64,000 nucleotides of DNA from the human T2T-CHM13v2.0 reference genome, Homo sapiens. The stretch lies in assembly GCF_009914755.1 (NCBI RefSeq), contig NC_060925.1; one strand, 5' to 3'. Shown here piece after piece: positions 1 through 16,700 of the stretch (position 1 is the first letter of the stretch; each line of letters opens with the position of its first letter). The notes beneath the pieces are model-generated. The model saw only the letters and a program-made list of their open reading frames with translations. It did not search any database and was not told where the DNA came from. The translations under genes and the position numbers were made by a program.

Positions 1-447
1 GAAGTATGTATGTATGTGTATCTGTGTATTGTGCTGGCATCCCATCATACAAAAATGAAATTAAATAAAGTTTTAATGGTATTTCTGAATAAGTGGGTGA
101 CTTTGGTGTTTGTCATTCAAATGATAAACAATGGTTTTCTTTTTAAATATGAACTCTCAAAAGAATGCAGTGGGAAGACCCACATATCAGAATGCCAATC
201 TTTTTTATGGGTAAACATGAAAAGACACTGTGTTTATGGTTAGAAGAAGCTGAGTATATGATCATCTGCTGTTCAAAAGAGGAAGCACATGTAAGCTCAA
301 GAGCCAGCACACTTACAGCCTGGTATAACCTCAGTTGGTTTGCTTTGAGATGTGTTTTCTGCTTGGAAGAGGAGAACATAGGTATCCAGAGGGTGGCTTG
401 TTGTTCATTAATTTATTTGATAAGCAATAAAATTGATATGCAAGTAA

Positions 448-743
<296 letters not shown>

Positions 744-753
744 TGATTTTTAA

Positions 754-1156
<403 letters not shown>

Positions 1157-1404
1157 TAATGGCTAGCATATTGAATTGTATACCTGAACCAAAGTCAGAA
1201 TCCCATAATATTACTTTTATATGGGATGGAGGGAAAATACATTATCTACATTCTTCAAAATTCAGCAAGTATACTATTTGGTTGATTCATAACTAAGAAA
1301 AAAAATCTCACAGCCTTTTAGAAACACTATATTTGTTGATATTGAACTTTGAAACTATCATAGATGTAGCCTCCGGGAGTTTACTTTTCTCTGTTTTCAA
1401 ACCA

Positions 1405-1520
1405 TTTATTTATTCAACAGATACTTAGTAAGCACTTACTATGTGGCAGACAGTATACTTTTAGCGTTGCAGATATAGCAGCGAACAAGGCAGTTATAGT
1501 CTCTGCCACCACTCAGATTC
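1405..1520 (-). mobile_element. L2 3' fragment
   Basis: atttattcaacagatacttagtaagcacttactatgtg resembles the reverse complement of the L2 3' end. Confidence 0.6.
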
Positions 1521-2507
1521 TGAGTGATACAGTTTTCTCCGGTTGCTGAAACAAATGAAAAAAGCACATAAGTGGAATGTCCTTTTGAAAATTCAGTATA
1601 TTGTTCCAATAAATATATACATGGTAAGGGTGGGGTGGCAGCAGGGACTTTGTCTTATTTCCCACTTATCCCAGAGTTCAGGAAAATGCCTGACGTTAGT
1701 CAGTGCTTCATAAATGATGGATGGATGGATGAATATATTACACTCATCAAACCTTTTTAAAGTATTTAGACTTAAGAGGACTTTAGCATAACTTGAGGAC
1801 AGGGGCCATAGCATATCTATTTTCTGATGCCAGCCTAGCACTGTGTATGTTATGTGCTGAAATAAGAACATTAAGGAATTCATCTCCATCTTGTGCAGTT
1901 TCAAGTGACTAACTGAAGCCAATAGAATTAAATACCAAGGAAAGATAGTCCTTTCATCATTTACACAGTTAGGACCTATTTCTAACAGGTGGGATCGTGG
2001 TCAATAGAAGTTGCTTCTAAGAGTAATTTCTACTTAACCTTCAATGTCTATGAACCCATAGCCATGTGCTATGGGAAACACAGCTTTTGGGATAGAGACT
2101 GAAGTGACTGGTAAAATTGTAATCTTTTCCTGCAGCATGAGTGAGTTCTCCAAGAAGCTGGAGAAGCACGAGTAAATGCTTCACTATTTAGCCATGAGCT
2201 CAAGCTAGAAAGTGGCCGAAATTCATGTCTCTGTAGTGAATCCCTCATTGGTTACGAATAGCCTCATAGAGTTTGATGGAGTTTTGAACTGTTGCATTAG
2301 ATCACACAATTTGACCACTCAACTCAGCACCAAGCCTGTTCATTTTGGATAGGTGAGGCCACTTTAGCCATTTTATTTCTACAAATAGTCACTATGTTAT
2401 AATTATTTGGTTTCACATTTCTCCCCTGTATAAAGAGTTGGGTAGGGTTGTCTTGACTAATCCATCTTATGTGGTCCTGGCCCAGCACCAAACTTAATAA
2501 ATGTTTG

Positions 2508-2572
2508 TATTAGGTTGAACTGTATAAAAATGCTGTGTTTGTAAGTCAAAAAATAGTCAAATATCAGCAATG
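2508..2572. mobile_element. MADE2 (mariner MITE), partial
   Basis: tattaggttgaac terminal repeat followed by MADE2-like internal sequence. Confidence 0.55.
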
Positions 2573-4089
2573 GTCAAGTGAATAATAAGAAAAATTCAAG
2601 CAGTGAATGACTGGTTGGACTAGATGATTTTAAAGATCTCTTCCGGTTCTGGGATTTCATGACCTTATAATTCAAACATAAATAACATCATCAGTCAGTT
2701 TCAATACTTAGCTACCAACTTATGAAACCATGGTGCTCATATTGTACACAAACCTGGCACCCTGTTCTTGTCTTTCTTGGAACTTATCACAGTGATTTAG
2801 CTATTTTTATACTAGATGACTATGTGCTCCTCATTTTAATGTGTATAATACATATCTAATGTGTAAGATATATAATACATATATACATAAATATAAATGG
2901 GTAGATAGATGATAGATACAGTGTATGTGTTTCCATCAGCTGTTAAAAGGTAGATGATAGATTAATACTGTGTCATTTTCATGTCTCTTCTGTTCTACTG
3001 CTTTAATGTGGCAGGTGGAGTCCACTGTGATTCAAACTATGAATTTTTTCATTGATCAATTCTGACATGCTAACCTCAGCAACTGAGCACCTGCATAATA
3101 TGTTAGGTCATCATATTAATAATGAAGATTACATAGTTGACTTGCCTTTTTATTGGGGGAATATAGAAAAAAACCCTAGAAATATGACTGATTTTAAAAC
3201 AAACTAAAATGATGATTGAGAACAGTAATACTATCTATAATTTCATTGCATCTAGTAGAAAATTAGCTTTGGAAAGCCACTCAGTTTATAAAATTGTTTT
3301 GATTATTCTTTATTTAAAAAATGAAGTTCTCAGTTTTAATCTCAACAGGAAATCTCTTGATTACAGCAGAGCAGATTTTTATCTGTCAATAAGTTAAAAA
3401 AATTTTGAGGAGGAAATCAGGCATCAGCTTCCAGGGGTCTAATAACTTCCTAACTTAATGGGACTTGCCTAACAGTAGATGAACTTTTCATTTTAAGACT
3501 TTGCCTTTAGTAGTCAACACTGTCCTCAGCACAGCTACAGACTATATAATACAGAGTCCATACAATACAGGGCATTTCTGTATGAATAAAGTATTAAATA
3601 TTTTTTAAAAATAACTTTTAAAAAATGAAGTTCTAGCCTAAGACCTGAATTAAGGGCTTTAGGGAAATAAAAACTTTGTTCCTTTTCTAAATTTTAGATA
3701 TTTCCGTTATGGTAAGTTAAACTGATCGGTTTAAGAAGGTAGTTTAAGATAGTAATGTATATGTGTTAACAGGCTTCTATCTCTGCGTCAGCTGTAAGAT
3801 TTACCTGGTTTTTATACTCTGAAGAGTTTATATTTAAATTCAACATAATAAAACATTCAAAATAAGAATCTCTGAACTTAGTTTTATTTTAGACTGCTTT
3901 TGAAAAAATCACTTCTTAAAGTGCACAGATTCACACATCCACCCTCCCATCCTTTGTGATAGAAAAAATGAAATACTTAGCTTGGTAAATCACATTGCTT
4001 CTCCTGAAGTAGACTGCCTTCACCCAGTGCTGTGAAAGAAAGCCCAGTGAGTGAGTAAGGAAGGGTGGCTATTGTTTAGTGCTCTCTAG

Positions 4090-4306
4090 CAAAAGAATGG
4101 GATTGGGGGCGGGGTTGGGGCGAGGATTGAGTTTAACTGGCATTGGCTCTGGCTTTTCTGCATTCCAAACTGTCTGAGGCACGAAATGAGAGCAAAAAGG
4201 GAGAGAGCAGGAAAGCGAGCACAGGCGAGTACAGTATACAAAGTGTTTTGAGTTTCTGACTGGCGTGCCGGAAAGATCATGTTAGCACACCCAGAAACTT
4301 CACACG
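4090..4306 (+). promoter_or_regulatory. RASAL2: Internal promoter and 5'UTR of the RASAL2 short isoform
   Basis: GC box GGGGCGGGG at 4106-4114 plus a second GGGGCGAG, and inverted CCAAT boxes (ATTGG) at 4102 and 4142. CpG is locally enriched and the region is repeat-free, directly upstream of the MQTP ATG. The TSS cannot be fixed from sequence alone. Confidence 0.75.
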
Positions 4307-4319
4307 ATGCAGACCCCAG
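4307..4319 (+). CDS. RASAL2: RASAL2 short-isoform first coding exon (MQTP plus the first base of E)
   Basis: ATG CAG ACC CCA G is followed by a canonical donor (CAG|GTAAGA, GT at 4320). Joining it in phase 1 to 52844 gives MQTPEVPAERSPRRRS..., the N-terminus I recall for nGAP/RASAL2. Confidence 0.93.
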
Positions 4320-4914
4320 GTAAGAGTTTGTAGAGTCTGAGACCGAAATGAAAAGTCACGTATTTAAGGGGAATGTGGCTTTTTAAAAATTACACAAATG
4401 CAGTGACTATTTACCTTTATGATTATTGGCTTTAAAAAAATAGGTTGGTTTTTATTGCTGTGAGTTCACAGAAATACTGTGTGGAAGCTGTCTGTTAGCA
4501 TTCCAGTACAAAATCCAGCACAAGAATAGCCATCTAAGAAACTCAGATAAATTAAAAGAATAATGACCATAGCAAAATATTAACACTGCAGCATGTACTT
4601 GTTCTGTTAATAATATGAAATGGGTCCTTATTCTGGATCTTTCTTAAAATTCTTTATGAAATATAAAGATACCTGGGAACAGGTAAAGCTCATTTCTCTC
4701 TGAGTGAGACAGAATATATTGACCATCAACAAGATATTAACAGCCTTGCTTGAATCTCAGTAACACATAATCTGTGTCATTCAAAAGTTTAACAGGTTTG
4801 ATCCATAGACAGCAGTAAGAGCATTCAAATGAGAACTTTGCTTGTTATTTTTGCCCAAGGTAGGCTTTTAATATCCTCTGCCAAGATGACAGGTAAGAAA
4901 GTTTATTGACTTAT

Positions 4915-5070
4915 TGAAAGTTAAATCTGAAAGAGACTTGGAGATTATCTATAGTCTATTCTCTCCATTTTCAATGAAAATTTTGTGGTCTAAGGTACTT
5001 GCCCAAGGTCAGAATTAGGAACAGAATTGAAATGAAAACCCAGATCTCCTTATTGTCAGTTTAACGTGTT
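4915..5070 (-). mobile_element. MIR
   Basis: ccattttcaatgaaaa...acttgcccaaggtca...gaaaacccagatct, the MIR core in reverse. Confidence 0.6.
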
Positions 5071-6569
5071 TTTCATAGAACCAATTATATATAGGCTTAT
5101 ATTTTCTCTATACTACATCTGCTAGCCCCAATTACAATGAATTATTGCCTAAATAGACCAAGTACATCATAAACCTAGATTGAAATCTTATGGAGAGGAG
5201 GTATTGAGAAATGGATGTCATCAAATCACTATTGATACATGCTCTTGACCAAAACCAAAAACATGTAACAAAATATTTATCAAGAGGAAAAAATGGCTTT
5301 CAGTGAAGGAAAATTAGTTTGTACGCTGCTTTTAATTTTTTAAAAGACTTTAGGACATCAATTTTCTGTATAAATATGTTAGTAAACTTTTTTCTGTATG
5401 CAAATATCTATTTTTGTAATGTATCTGTTTTACTGAAAGCAAATCGTATTCACTGCCTTTGTTATGTTTATTCAAAAATATAAGATAATATTTTAAATTA
5501 TCCAGCTATTTTGACCAGTTGCTTCCTTATCCAAGGTCCATTTCTGTTTCTCCCTGCTTATAAGGATCGTCTGTTACTTCACCTCATGAATTATGTGTTA
5601 GCAGATAATTTAAGTGAAGGATCTTGAGAGCCGCAACAGACAGTGAACATCTGTCTTCATACATTTTCATTTAGTGCCTAAAAAAGGTTGCTGCCCTTTC
5701 CATTTTTCTGGAGACCATTGTGGGGATGAGAGGCCACACTATTCTAGTGAGCTAAATAGTAAAGATAGCCACTGTCAACAGAATCTGTCATGGCTCTTTA
5801 CAACTCCTGGGAACAAGTTAGCTTGATTTGGCTATAAGCACAGTAAAGGGATGTTGTCCTTTTGTATTAAAGCCTGACCTGCTCTTTCCAGTTTTTGGCT
5901 GGGTCTGTGTAAGTGTAGTACTGACTTACAAGTCTGTGTGGAATGGGCAGCAAGTTATAAGGAATAGTTTCATTACTCCTCTCGGCTATATCGGAAACCA
6001 AATTACCAAGTGAATTCTCCACCCAGTAGGAAAGAAGAGACTGTCTGTCTTACTGGAGAATCCATTATTTAAGCACTGTTTTTAAGAGGACTGATGGCTG
6101 TGAGAATGAGGACATTAATGCTCTATCCAACTTAACAGTATTCATGTTGTATTACACAAAGCTTAGATTCTTCTCTGAGCTTTTATCCTGCTTTTAATAT
6201 GTGAAAGGACTGCCATGATATATCTATGTATATTATGTTGTGTGTGTATATTATATGATAGAATAGAGAGTAAAATGGGCCTTTGGCCTGAGTATATTTT
6301 CTGATGCCAGAAATGATCAGAAGTCATTAATCTATTGCTGGTATTTTACTGACCTAAGTTAAAAGAAACTATTTTATTAACCAAGCTAATCATGATAAAA
6401 CTCACTACCATGCACTACAAAGAGAAAAATACTCAAAGGAAACACACTTCTTTTTTAATTCTGAAAACAAATGTCAGATTATGCAGGTTCATACCTTCCG
6501 TGTTAGAAAAAAAAAACAATAAAAAGGTGCCCACTTTGTGGCTAAAGATAAATTTTATTTTTAAACAAG

Positions 6570-6682
6570 TTTTTATTGGTGTATAATACATGTAGATAGT
6601 TGTGGGATTCATTTGATAATTTAATATGTTTACACAATTTGGAAAGATCAAATCAGTATACTTGGGATACCCATCACCTGAA
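6570..6682 (-). mobile_element. L1MA-type 3' end fragment
   Basis: ttttattggtgtataatacatgta...gatcaaatcagtatacttgggatacccatcacct. Confidence 0.55.
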
Positions 6683-7535
6683 AAGGAGACAAATTTTAAA
6701 TGGGAATAGAATGGGTATAGTGAAATGAGTGGCATAAAAAAGAAACTCTCATATGTATGTGAAATAATTTTCTTTTGACCAGTGTTTTCTTGAAGGCAGA
6801 CCTATTTTCACTATTCATGATTTTCTCCTTGATACTGTTTTAAAATTTTTTCCCATGAACAATCTATATATAAATATTGTTTATATATTAAATTTTCAAA
6901 GAAGGTAAAGAGCTCTGCTATGTAATGACAACATTTTCTGAAAAAGATTTGGCTATAGTTGATCAAAACTTTTGACTCATTGAAAGGAACTGCTTTCTTT
7001 GCTGTTGCAATTTCTTTCTACCTCTTGGGCATAATTCTATGTTATGTGTCCCAGTTAAATCCCCAAGAATGAAATATCTTCAAAGAAAAATGAAGGCAAA
7101 AGATAGGGGCCAGGAGCAGGGACTTGAAGCTGGACATATAAATTGTTCTGAGATGTCAAATTAATTCTTTACTCATGAAAGTTACCCAGTTATCCACCCA
7201 AGACTCCAAGAGTCCTTTTATGTAGACAACACGATTGTGTTTGCCCTTCTGCTCCAGTCTTGACCTTCAGCAGTCTCTAAAGAGGAAAAGTGTTTGTTAC
7301 AGACTCTTTTTGTTCTCTTCTGTTGTTTCACGCTCCCTAGTGGTTGTTCATGGTCATTCTTGTTTTCAGTTCCCTGTATATCAGTTGTAGTGAGAAGGAG
7401 AAGGAGGTGACTATTGTATTGTGAAATAAGGTTCACCGGATTCTTATATTTGAGTTGCATAAACTTTCTTAAAATAACTGATTCTTATATGCAGAATCAG
7501 AAGCAAAAATTTTTGTCCTGTTGTTCCTAGTGGAC

Positions 7536-7745
7536 AATGATTCAAGAAAATGAGTCATGACTCAGCGATATGAATTCTCTTTTAGCCGGGGTTATTTTTA
7601 ACTGCTGATGGGAATTCCATCTATCAAAATTCCACATTTAATTGTGGGTATGATCTCAGCTTGTGTTTGGAAGCCTTAAGCAATGCCACTCAGAATACTT
7701 TCTTTGTACATACTTGACAAGTAAGAGAGACTTACTGAGTCAGTG
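7536..7745. promoter_or_regulatory. AP-1/ARE/MEF2/NF-kB-like motif cluster (candidate enhancer)
   Basis: TGAGTCATGACTCAGC at 7551-7566, TTATTTTTAA at 7592-7601, GGGAATTCCA at 7610-7619 and TGAGTCA at 7736-7742. Confidence 0.45.
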
Positions 7746-8844
7746 ATTAAAATTCAGATGAAGGCCTTTGTCCTCTCTGGTACCCTCCTTGCCCCTACTC
7801 AAACCGTGTCATTAAGCTGAATTGGAAATACTGTTAACTCAAGCACATGAAGAGGGAACCATTGAGGAGATCCTGTTAATAATACGACTCTATAGAACTC
7901 CACATTTCTGTCATTCTCAGGTTTGCAATATTTTTTGAGTAAATGAGTTGCTGAAAAACACCTTGAAAAAGTAGTTTAGGTTTGTGCAGCCCTATTCTTT
8001 GAAGAAGAAAAGATACCTGGTTCTGCTTGCTCTTTCTAATGTCAGATCTTGGAAAATAAGCAACTTGAGCTGCTGGAATAAAGCAGGTGTCGTTCAGGAT
8101 CAAGTGTTGCCTAGGATAGCTAGCCTGTTAGACAAGTTGCTAACTGATGTCCTGAATCCAATTCCAAAGATTACGGAGTACCTTTGAAAAATGTTGTAAC
8201 AGCACTGTTGTGTAACTATTCGTAAATACTACCTTTAGTTTATATGAAGATTAGTAAAATGGGTATTCTTTCCATTTTTAAGATTCTGGTTTGTAACTTT
8301 TTTGCTAAAATACTTCAAGTGGGTTGTGTGTGCCTCTCGAGTCAGATCAGAGAAGGTAAGATGTCTGGGTCCCTACTTCAATCACTCTTCTTTCCAGGAA
8401 TACCTGGAATATGAAGTTTCAGGTAAATAAGTGAAGTGAAATAACAAAGAGAAGTGATTTGTCAAAATGAGTGCAAGAAGAGCCACCAAAAATCTAGCTT
8501 GTGTGAGTACATAGAATTGAGTTTGTTCAGTCAAAGGACAAGGGAAGATGTGATAAGTCTATTAACAGGGAAGGATAATCATCTCCTGTGTACCAAGAGC
8601 TCATTTCGAAGAGTGTGTCCAGTATGATTATAGAATATTTCTTATCAGTATTTTCTCAAAGTATGGGAAACTAATCCCTCAAACAAAGGGAAATAGATTA
8701 TTTCAATGCTTTCAACATGTGGTAGAGGAATTGCATCACACAGTATTTGGCCTGCTTTATTTATGAATCTCTATTGTACAGCTGAAATTTAAGGAGTTTT
8801 TTTATTAATTGAAATATTTTATCTTTCATATAGTTTGCCACATC

Positions 8845-9152
8845 AGCCAGGTTCAGTGGCTCATACTTGTAATCTCAACACTTTGGGAGGCTGAATCAGG
8901 AGGATTGCTTGAGGCCAGGCCTGGCAACATAGTGAGACCTCCCCTCTACAGAAAATTTAAAAATCAGCCAGGCATCGTGGCATGCACCTCTAGTCCCAGC
9001 TACTCAGAAGGCTGAGGTAAGAGGATTGCTTGAGCCCAGGAATCAAGACTGCAGTGAGCTATGGTCACATCACTGTACTCCCGCCTGGGTGACAGAGCAA
9101 AACCTTGTATCTTTAAAAAAAAAAAAGAAAGAAAGAAAGAAAAGAAAAGAAA
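8845..9152 (+). mobile_element. Alu (AluJ-like) with A/(GAAA)n tail
   Basis: Diverged Alu dimer with J-type diagnostics (aggattgcttgagcccagg). Confidence 0.9.
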
Positions 9153-10169
9153 TCGCTATATACATCCTGATATTTTCCTTGAAGCATTTTTCCTCCACCT
9201 GAAGTCCAGTGAAATGTCACTGTAGTTTCCTGAAACAATAAATACGCTATTATATGAGTAGCATCATTTACTTGCTGGGGTATAATTGCTGAAATTTTGA
9301 AATATGCTTTTAGTATGTTAAGTTTTATTTATTTCCTTCCCCTATAAAAAACAGCACTTGGAAAATGATTGGTGATCAACTTTTAAAGATAATTTTTTAA
9401 AGTAGCTTTTTAAAATCAATTAAACACCTTACCATTCTCTTCTCATCTCTGAGAAATGGTATAGACCATTTTTATTAACCAAAAATATAGTATAAAGAAG
9501 AAACCCTAGGAGTTAACTGCTATCATTACAAGGAATGAAAACTAGTCTCCCTTGTAAACATTTTTTAGCTTATGCAAGATCAAAATGTACTAGGCAGAGG
9601 AAATTTATTGTAATATAAAAGGTAGAAGTCTAGTGGAAGTATAGCTGTTTGTCCCCAGTGCCTCAGTAGAACTGTTTAGGTCAACACTTGATGACACTGC
9701 TTTATTTTGGTTTTGTTTGGTTTTTTTAATGGAAGGGTATTTAAAACCAGAAGCCAGGCTTTCATCTGGTCTTTTTTAAAAGGAATATCCAAACAATGAT
9801 TTACCTGTTTTTCTCAGAAGCTATCTTACTGTGAACAAATTGCAAAATGTATTTGACGGTGAAATTTTAATTATCAAGAAATAGTGAGCTTGAAGGGTGT
9901 GACTATTGCCATAAAGTGCTGTGATTTATGACAGCTTCCCAGTAGAAATTCTCCCAGTGTCAGAAATTATAAACCCATTTTCATTTTACTTTGTTCTTGA
10001 ATTAAATATTTAAAGGTAGAATTTTTGTTTCTCTTTCCCCCTATCAGACCTGTGTGACGGGAGAATAGAAACTGTTTTAAGGCTCTTCAGATTTAGTTCA
10101 GATGTTGCTTATGTTACATTTTCTCTGATAGTCTGAAAAAATAAATTTTTAAATTTTAACGTTTGATCA

Positions 10170-11451
<1,282 letters not shown>

Positions 11452-11499
11452 TAAAAGTCCTTTTTTGTTTATGGAGAATGTGAGCAGGACACCAGGTTT

Positions 11500-11810
<311 letters not shown>

Positions 11811-11849
11811 GACACCAGGTTTATTTTCATGTTGAAAGTTCTCCAGTCT

Positions 11850-12146
11850 GGCCGGACGCCGTGGCTCACGCCTGTAATTCCAGCATTTTGGGAGGCTGAG
11901 GCGGGCAGATCACCAGGTCAGGAGATCGAGACCGTCCTGGCCAACATGGTGAAACCCTGTCTCTACTTTAAAAAAAAAAAAAAAAAAAAGCCAGGCATGG
12001 TGGCGCGCGCCTGTAGTCCCAGCTACTCGGGAGGCTGAGGCAGGGGAATCACTTGAACCCGGAGGCAGAGGTTGAAGTGAGCTGAGATTGTGCCACTGCA
12101 CTCCAGCCTGGCGACAGAGTGAGACTTGGTCTCCAAATAAAATAAA
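11850..12146 (+). mobile_element. AluSc-like with expanded middle A-tract
   Basis: ggccggacgccgtggctcacgcc...cctggcgacagag; TSD gaaagttc(t/a)ccagtct at 11834-11849 and 12147-12162. Confidence 0.93.
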
Positions 12147-12929
12147 GAAAGTTCACCAGTCTATGTGTGCCATCAAGGACTTTACATTTGGGGTCATTGA
12201 ATAGGTTAGATGAGGAAAGCATTTGGGAAACTAGGCTTGTGGATGTATCCTCAAAACAAAATTTCATCATGTAAATAATAGAATTTCTAGGCTTTCTAAA
12301 GCTCTGAGCTTACTGTATAAAAACACTAATCTAGTCATACCTTAATTGAAAATATTTTATAATAGTAATATATATAAAAAGATATATATGTACTCGTACT
12401 TAACACATTAACTTTTACATATAGTTACTAAAGAGTTGATGATACAAATTTAATAAGAATTTTCCATACTTTGGCTTTAATATAATTTTGCTTTAAAAAT
12501 ATGTATTTGGACTTTTAAAGGATGTGTAATTCCTTGTTATATTGGACGAAAAATAACAGCTTTTTCATCATTGTGAAATGTGAAAATATCCAATACAACA
12601 AATGGAAGACGCCTAATAAATGTTAATATCCTTCTTTGTCTTTACAAAACTACAAACATGACATACTCTTGAACATGCCCGTCTTATCTTCTCAGATTAA
12701 GCTCTGCCACCTGTGCTGTTCTTCCTGTTCTGAACCATTAAAACACATGTGTTTAGTTTTATTTCTGGATTCTTCTAGAGCAATCTTCTTCACTAGTTCT
12801 TTCATATCACTTGTTTTACTCAAACTTGATGTTTTAATGTTAGCATATTATTTATTTGTTGCTGTGTAAAAAGTTACCACAAACTTGGCAAGTGAAAACA
12901 GCATTCATTTACCCTGTCCCCCAGCCTTC

Positions 12930-13244
<315 letters not shown>

Positions 13245-13552
13245 TATTTCAATTTCTATACATCAGAAGTCTAGGGAGAGTGCAGCTGGTTCTCTGCTCA
13301 GGGCCAAAACAAACATATCAGCCAGACCACACTCGTATCTGGAGCTCAGAGTCCTCTTTCAAACTTGTTCAGGTTGTCAGCAGGATTCAGTTTCTTGCAG
13401 TGGTAGGACTGAGATCCCTGTTTTTTGGCTTGCTGTTGGCAAGGAGTCACTCCTAGCTTCTAGAGGCCACTGTTATGTCCCATTTCCATGGCCCCCTTAC
13501 TACTTGGCGCTTACTTTTTCAAAGCCAGTGAGAGAATCTTACTCTGGTTGGA

Positions 13553-13960
13553 TGTATTAGTTCATTCTTGCATTGCTACAAAGAAATACCTGAGACTGGG
13601 TAATTTATAAAGAAAAGAGGTTTAATTGGCTCATAGTTCTGCAGGCTGTACAGGAAGCATGGCATCATCTGCTTCTGGGGAAGTCTCAGAGAGCTTTTAT
13701 TCATGACAGAAGGCAAAACGAGATCAGGCTTCTTACATGCAGGCAGGAGCAGGACTTGGGTGGGGGAGATGCTACACACTTTTAAACAACCAGATCTCAT
13801 GAGAACTCACTATCCTGATGACAGGACCAAGGTTGCATGGTGTTAAACCATGAGAAACTGCCCCCATGATCCAGTCACCTCCCACCAGGCTCCATTTCCC
13901 GCATTAGGGATTATAATTTGACATGAGATTTGGGCAGGGATACAGATCCAAACCATATCA
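13553..13960 (-). mobile_element. MST (MSTA-like, MaLR) 3' LTR
   Basis: Termini TGTATTAG...CCATATCA and the typical gagactgggtaatttataaagaaaagaggtttaattggctca. Confidence 0.9.
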
Positions 13961-14182
13961 TTCCACCCTTGGCCCCTTCCAAATCTCATGTTCTTCTCAC
14001 ATTTCAAAATACAGTCATGCCTTCCCAACAGTCCTTGAAGTCTTGACTCATTCCAGTATTAACTCAAAAGTCCAAAACCCAAAGTATCATCTTAGAGAAG
14101 GCTAGTCCCTTTTGCCTATGAGCCTGTAAAGTCAAACACAAGTTAGTTACTTCCAAGATACAATGAAAGTATAGGCATTGGG

Positions 14183-14460
<278 letters not shown>

Positions 14461-14565
14461 GTGTAGGCATTGGGTAAATACTCCCATTCCAAAAGGGAGA
14501 AATTGGCCAAAAGAAAGCGGCTACAGGCCCCATACAAGTCTGAAACCCAGCAGAGCAGCCATTAG

Positions 14566-15079
<514 letters not shown>

Positions 15080-16536
15080 TTAAATCTTAAGGCTCCAAAA
15101 TAATCTCCTTTGACTCCATTTCCTACATCCAGGACACACTGATGTGAGAGGTGGGCTCCCAAGGCCTTGGGCAATCCATTCCTGTGGGCCTTTCAGAGGT
15201 CAGCCCATGTGCTGTTCTCTTGGGCTGTTATTGAGTGCTGGCAGTTTTTCCAGGTGCAGGGTGCAAGCTCTTGGTGGCTCTACCATTCTAGAGTCTGTAG
15301 GATGGTGGCCCTCTTCTTACAGCTCCACTAGGTAGTGCCCCAGTGGGGATTATTTGTGGTGGCTCCAACCCCACATTTGTCCTCTGCATTGCCCTAGTAG
15401 AGGTTCTCCATGAGGGCTCTGGCCCTGCATTAGGCTTCTGTCTGGACATCCAGGCTTTTCCGTACATTCTCTGAAATCTAGGCAGAGGCTCCCAAGCCTC
15501 AGCTCTTGCACTCTGTGTACCCACAGGCTTAACACCATGTATTTAAGGCTTTCAGCTTGTACTGTCTGAAGCAGCAGCCTAAGCTGTACCTGGGTCCCTT
15601 TGAGCCATGGCTGGAGTTAGACAGCTGGGACACAGAGAGCAGTGTCCTGAGGCTGCATGGGGCAGCAGACCCTGGGCCTGGCCCACAGAACCATTTTGTT
15701 TTCTTGGGCTTACAGGCCTGTGATGGGAGGGGCTGCTGCCAAGGTCTCAGAAATGCCTGCAAGGCCTTTTCCCTAGTGTCTTGGCTATCAGTACTTGGCA
15801 CCTTTTTACTTATGCAAATTTCTGCAACCTGCTTGAATTCCTCCCCTGAAAATGGGCTCTTCTCTTCTACCACATGGCCAGGCTGCAAATTTTTCAAGCT
15901 TTTACTGTCCATTTCCCCTTTAAATATAAGTTCCAGTTTTACGTCATGTCTTTGCTCATGCGTATGAGCATAGGTTGTTAGAAGCAGCCAGGCTACATCT
16001 TGATTACTTTGATGCTTAGAGATTTCTTCTGCCAGATATACTAAATCATCACGCTCAAGTTCAAAATTCCGTAGATCCCTAGGACAGGGGCAGAAGGCCA
16101 CCAGGTTCTTTGCTAATGCATAACAAAAGTGACCTTTGCTCCAGTACCCAATAAGTTCCTCATCTCCATCTGAGACCTCTTCAGCCTGGACTTCACTGTT
16201 TATATCACTATCAGTATTTTGGTCACAACCATTTAACCAGTCTCTAGGGAGTTCCAAATTTTCCCTCATCTTCCTGTCTTCTTCTCAACCCTCCACACTC
16301 TTCCAGCTTCTACCAGTTACCAAATTCCAAAGCTTCTTACATATTTTAAGGTATCTTTATAGCAGTGCCCAACTCTTCAGTACTAATTTTTTGGCTATGA
16401 TGTAATCCAGTATAACACAACTGTAATCATGATAGTGACTATACGTCACCTTGGCCATGTAATGTAACCTAATCAGTGGAGTGGCTATCCCATCATATTA
16501 CAGATTCCAGGCCCCTGAGGGTAGAGAATTATACAA

Positions 16537-16700
16537 GGGTGTGGTGGCTCATGCCTGTAGTCCCAGCTGCTCAGGAGGCTGAGGTGGGTGGATCACTGGA
16601 GCCCAGGAGGTCAAGGCTACAGGGTGAGCCAAGATTGTGCCACTGCACTCCAGCTTGGGTGACAAAAATGAAACCCTGTCCAAAAAAAAAAGAAGAAGGA
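16537..16700 (+). mobile_element. Alu monomer (FRAM/AluJ right arm)
   Basis: gggtgtggtggctcatgcctgtagtcccagc...ccactgcactccagc followed by an A tail. Confidence 0.85.
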
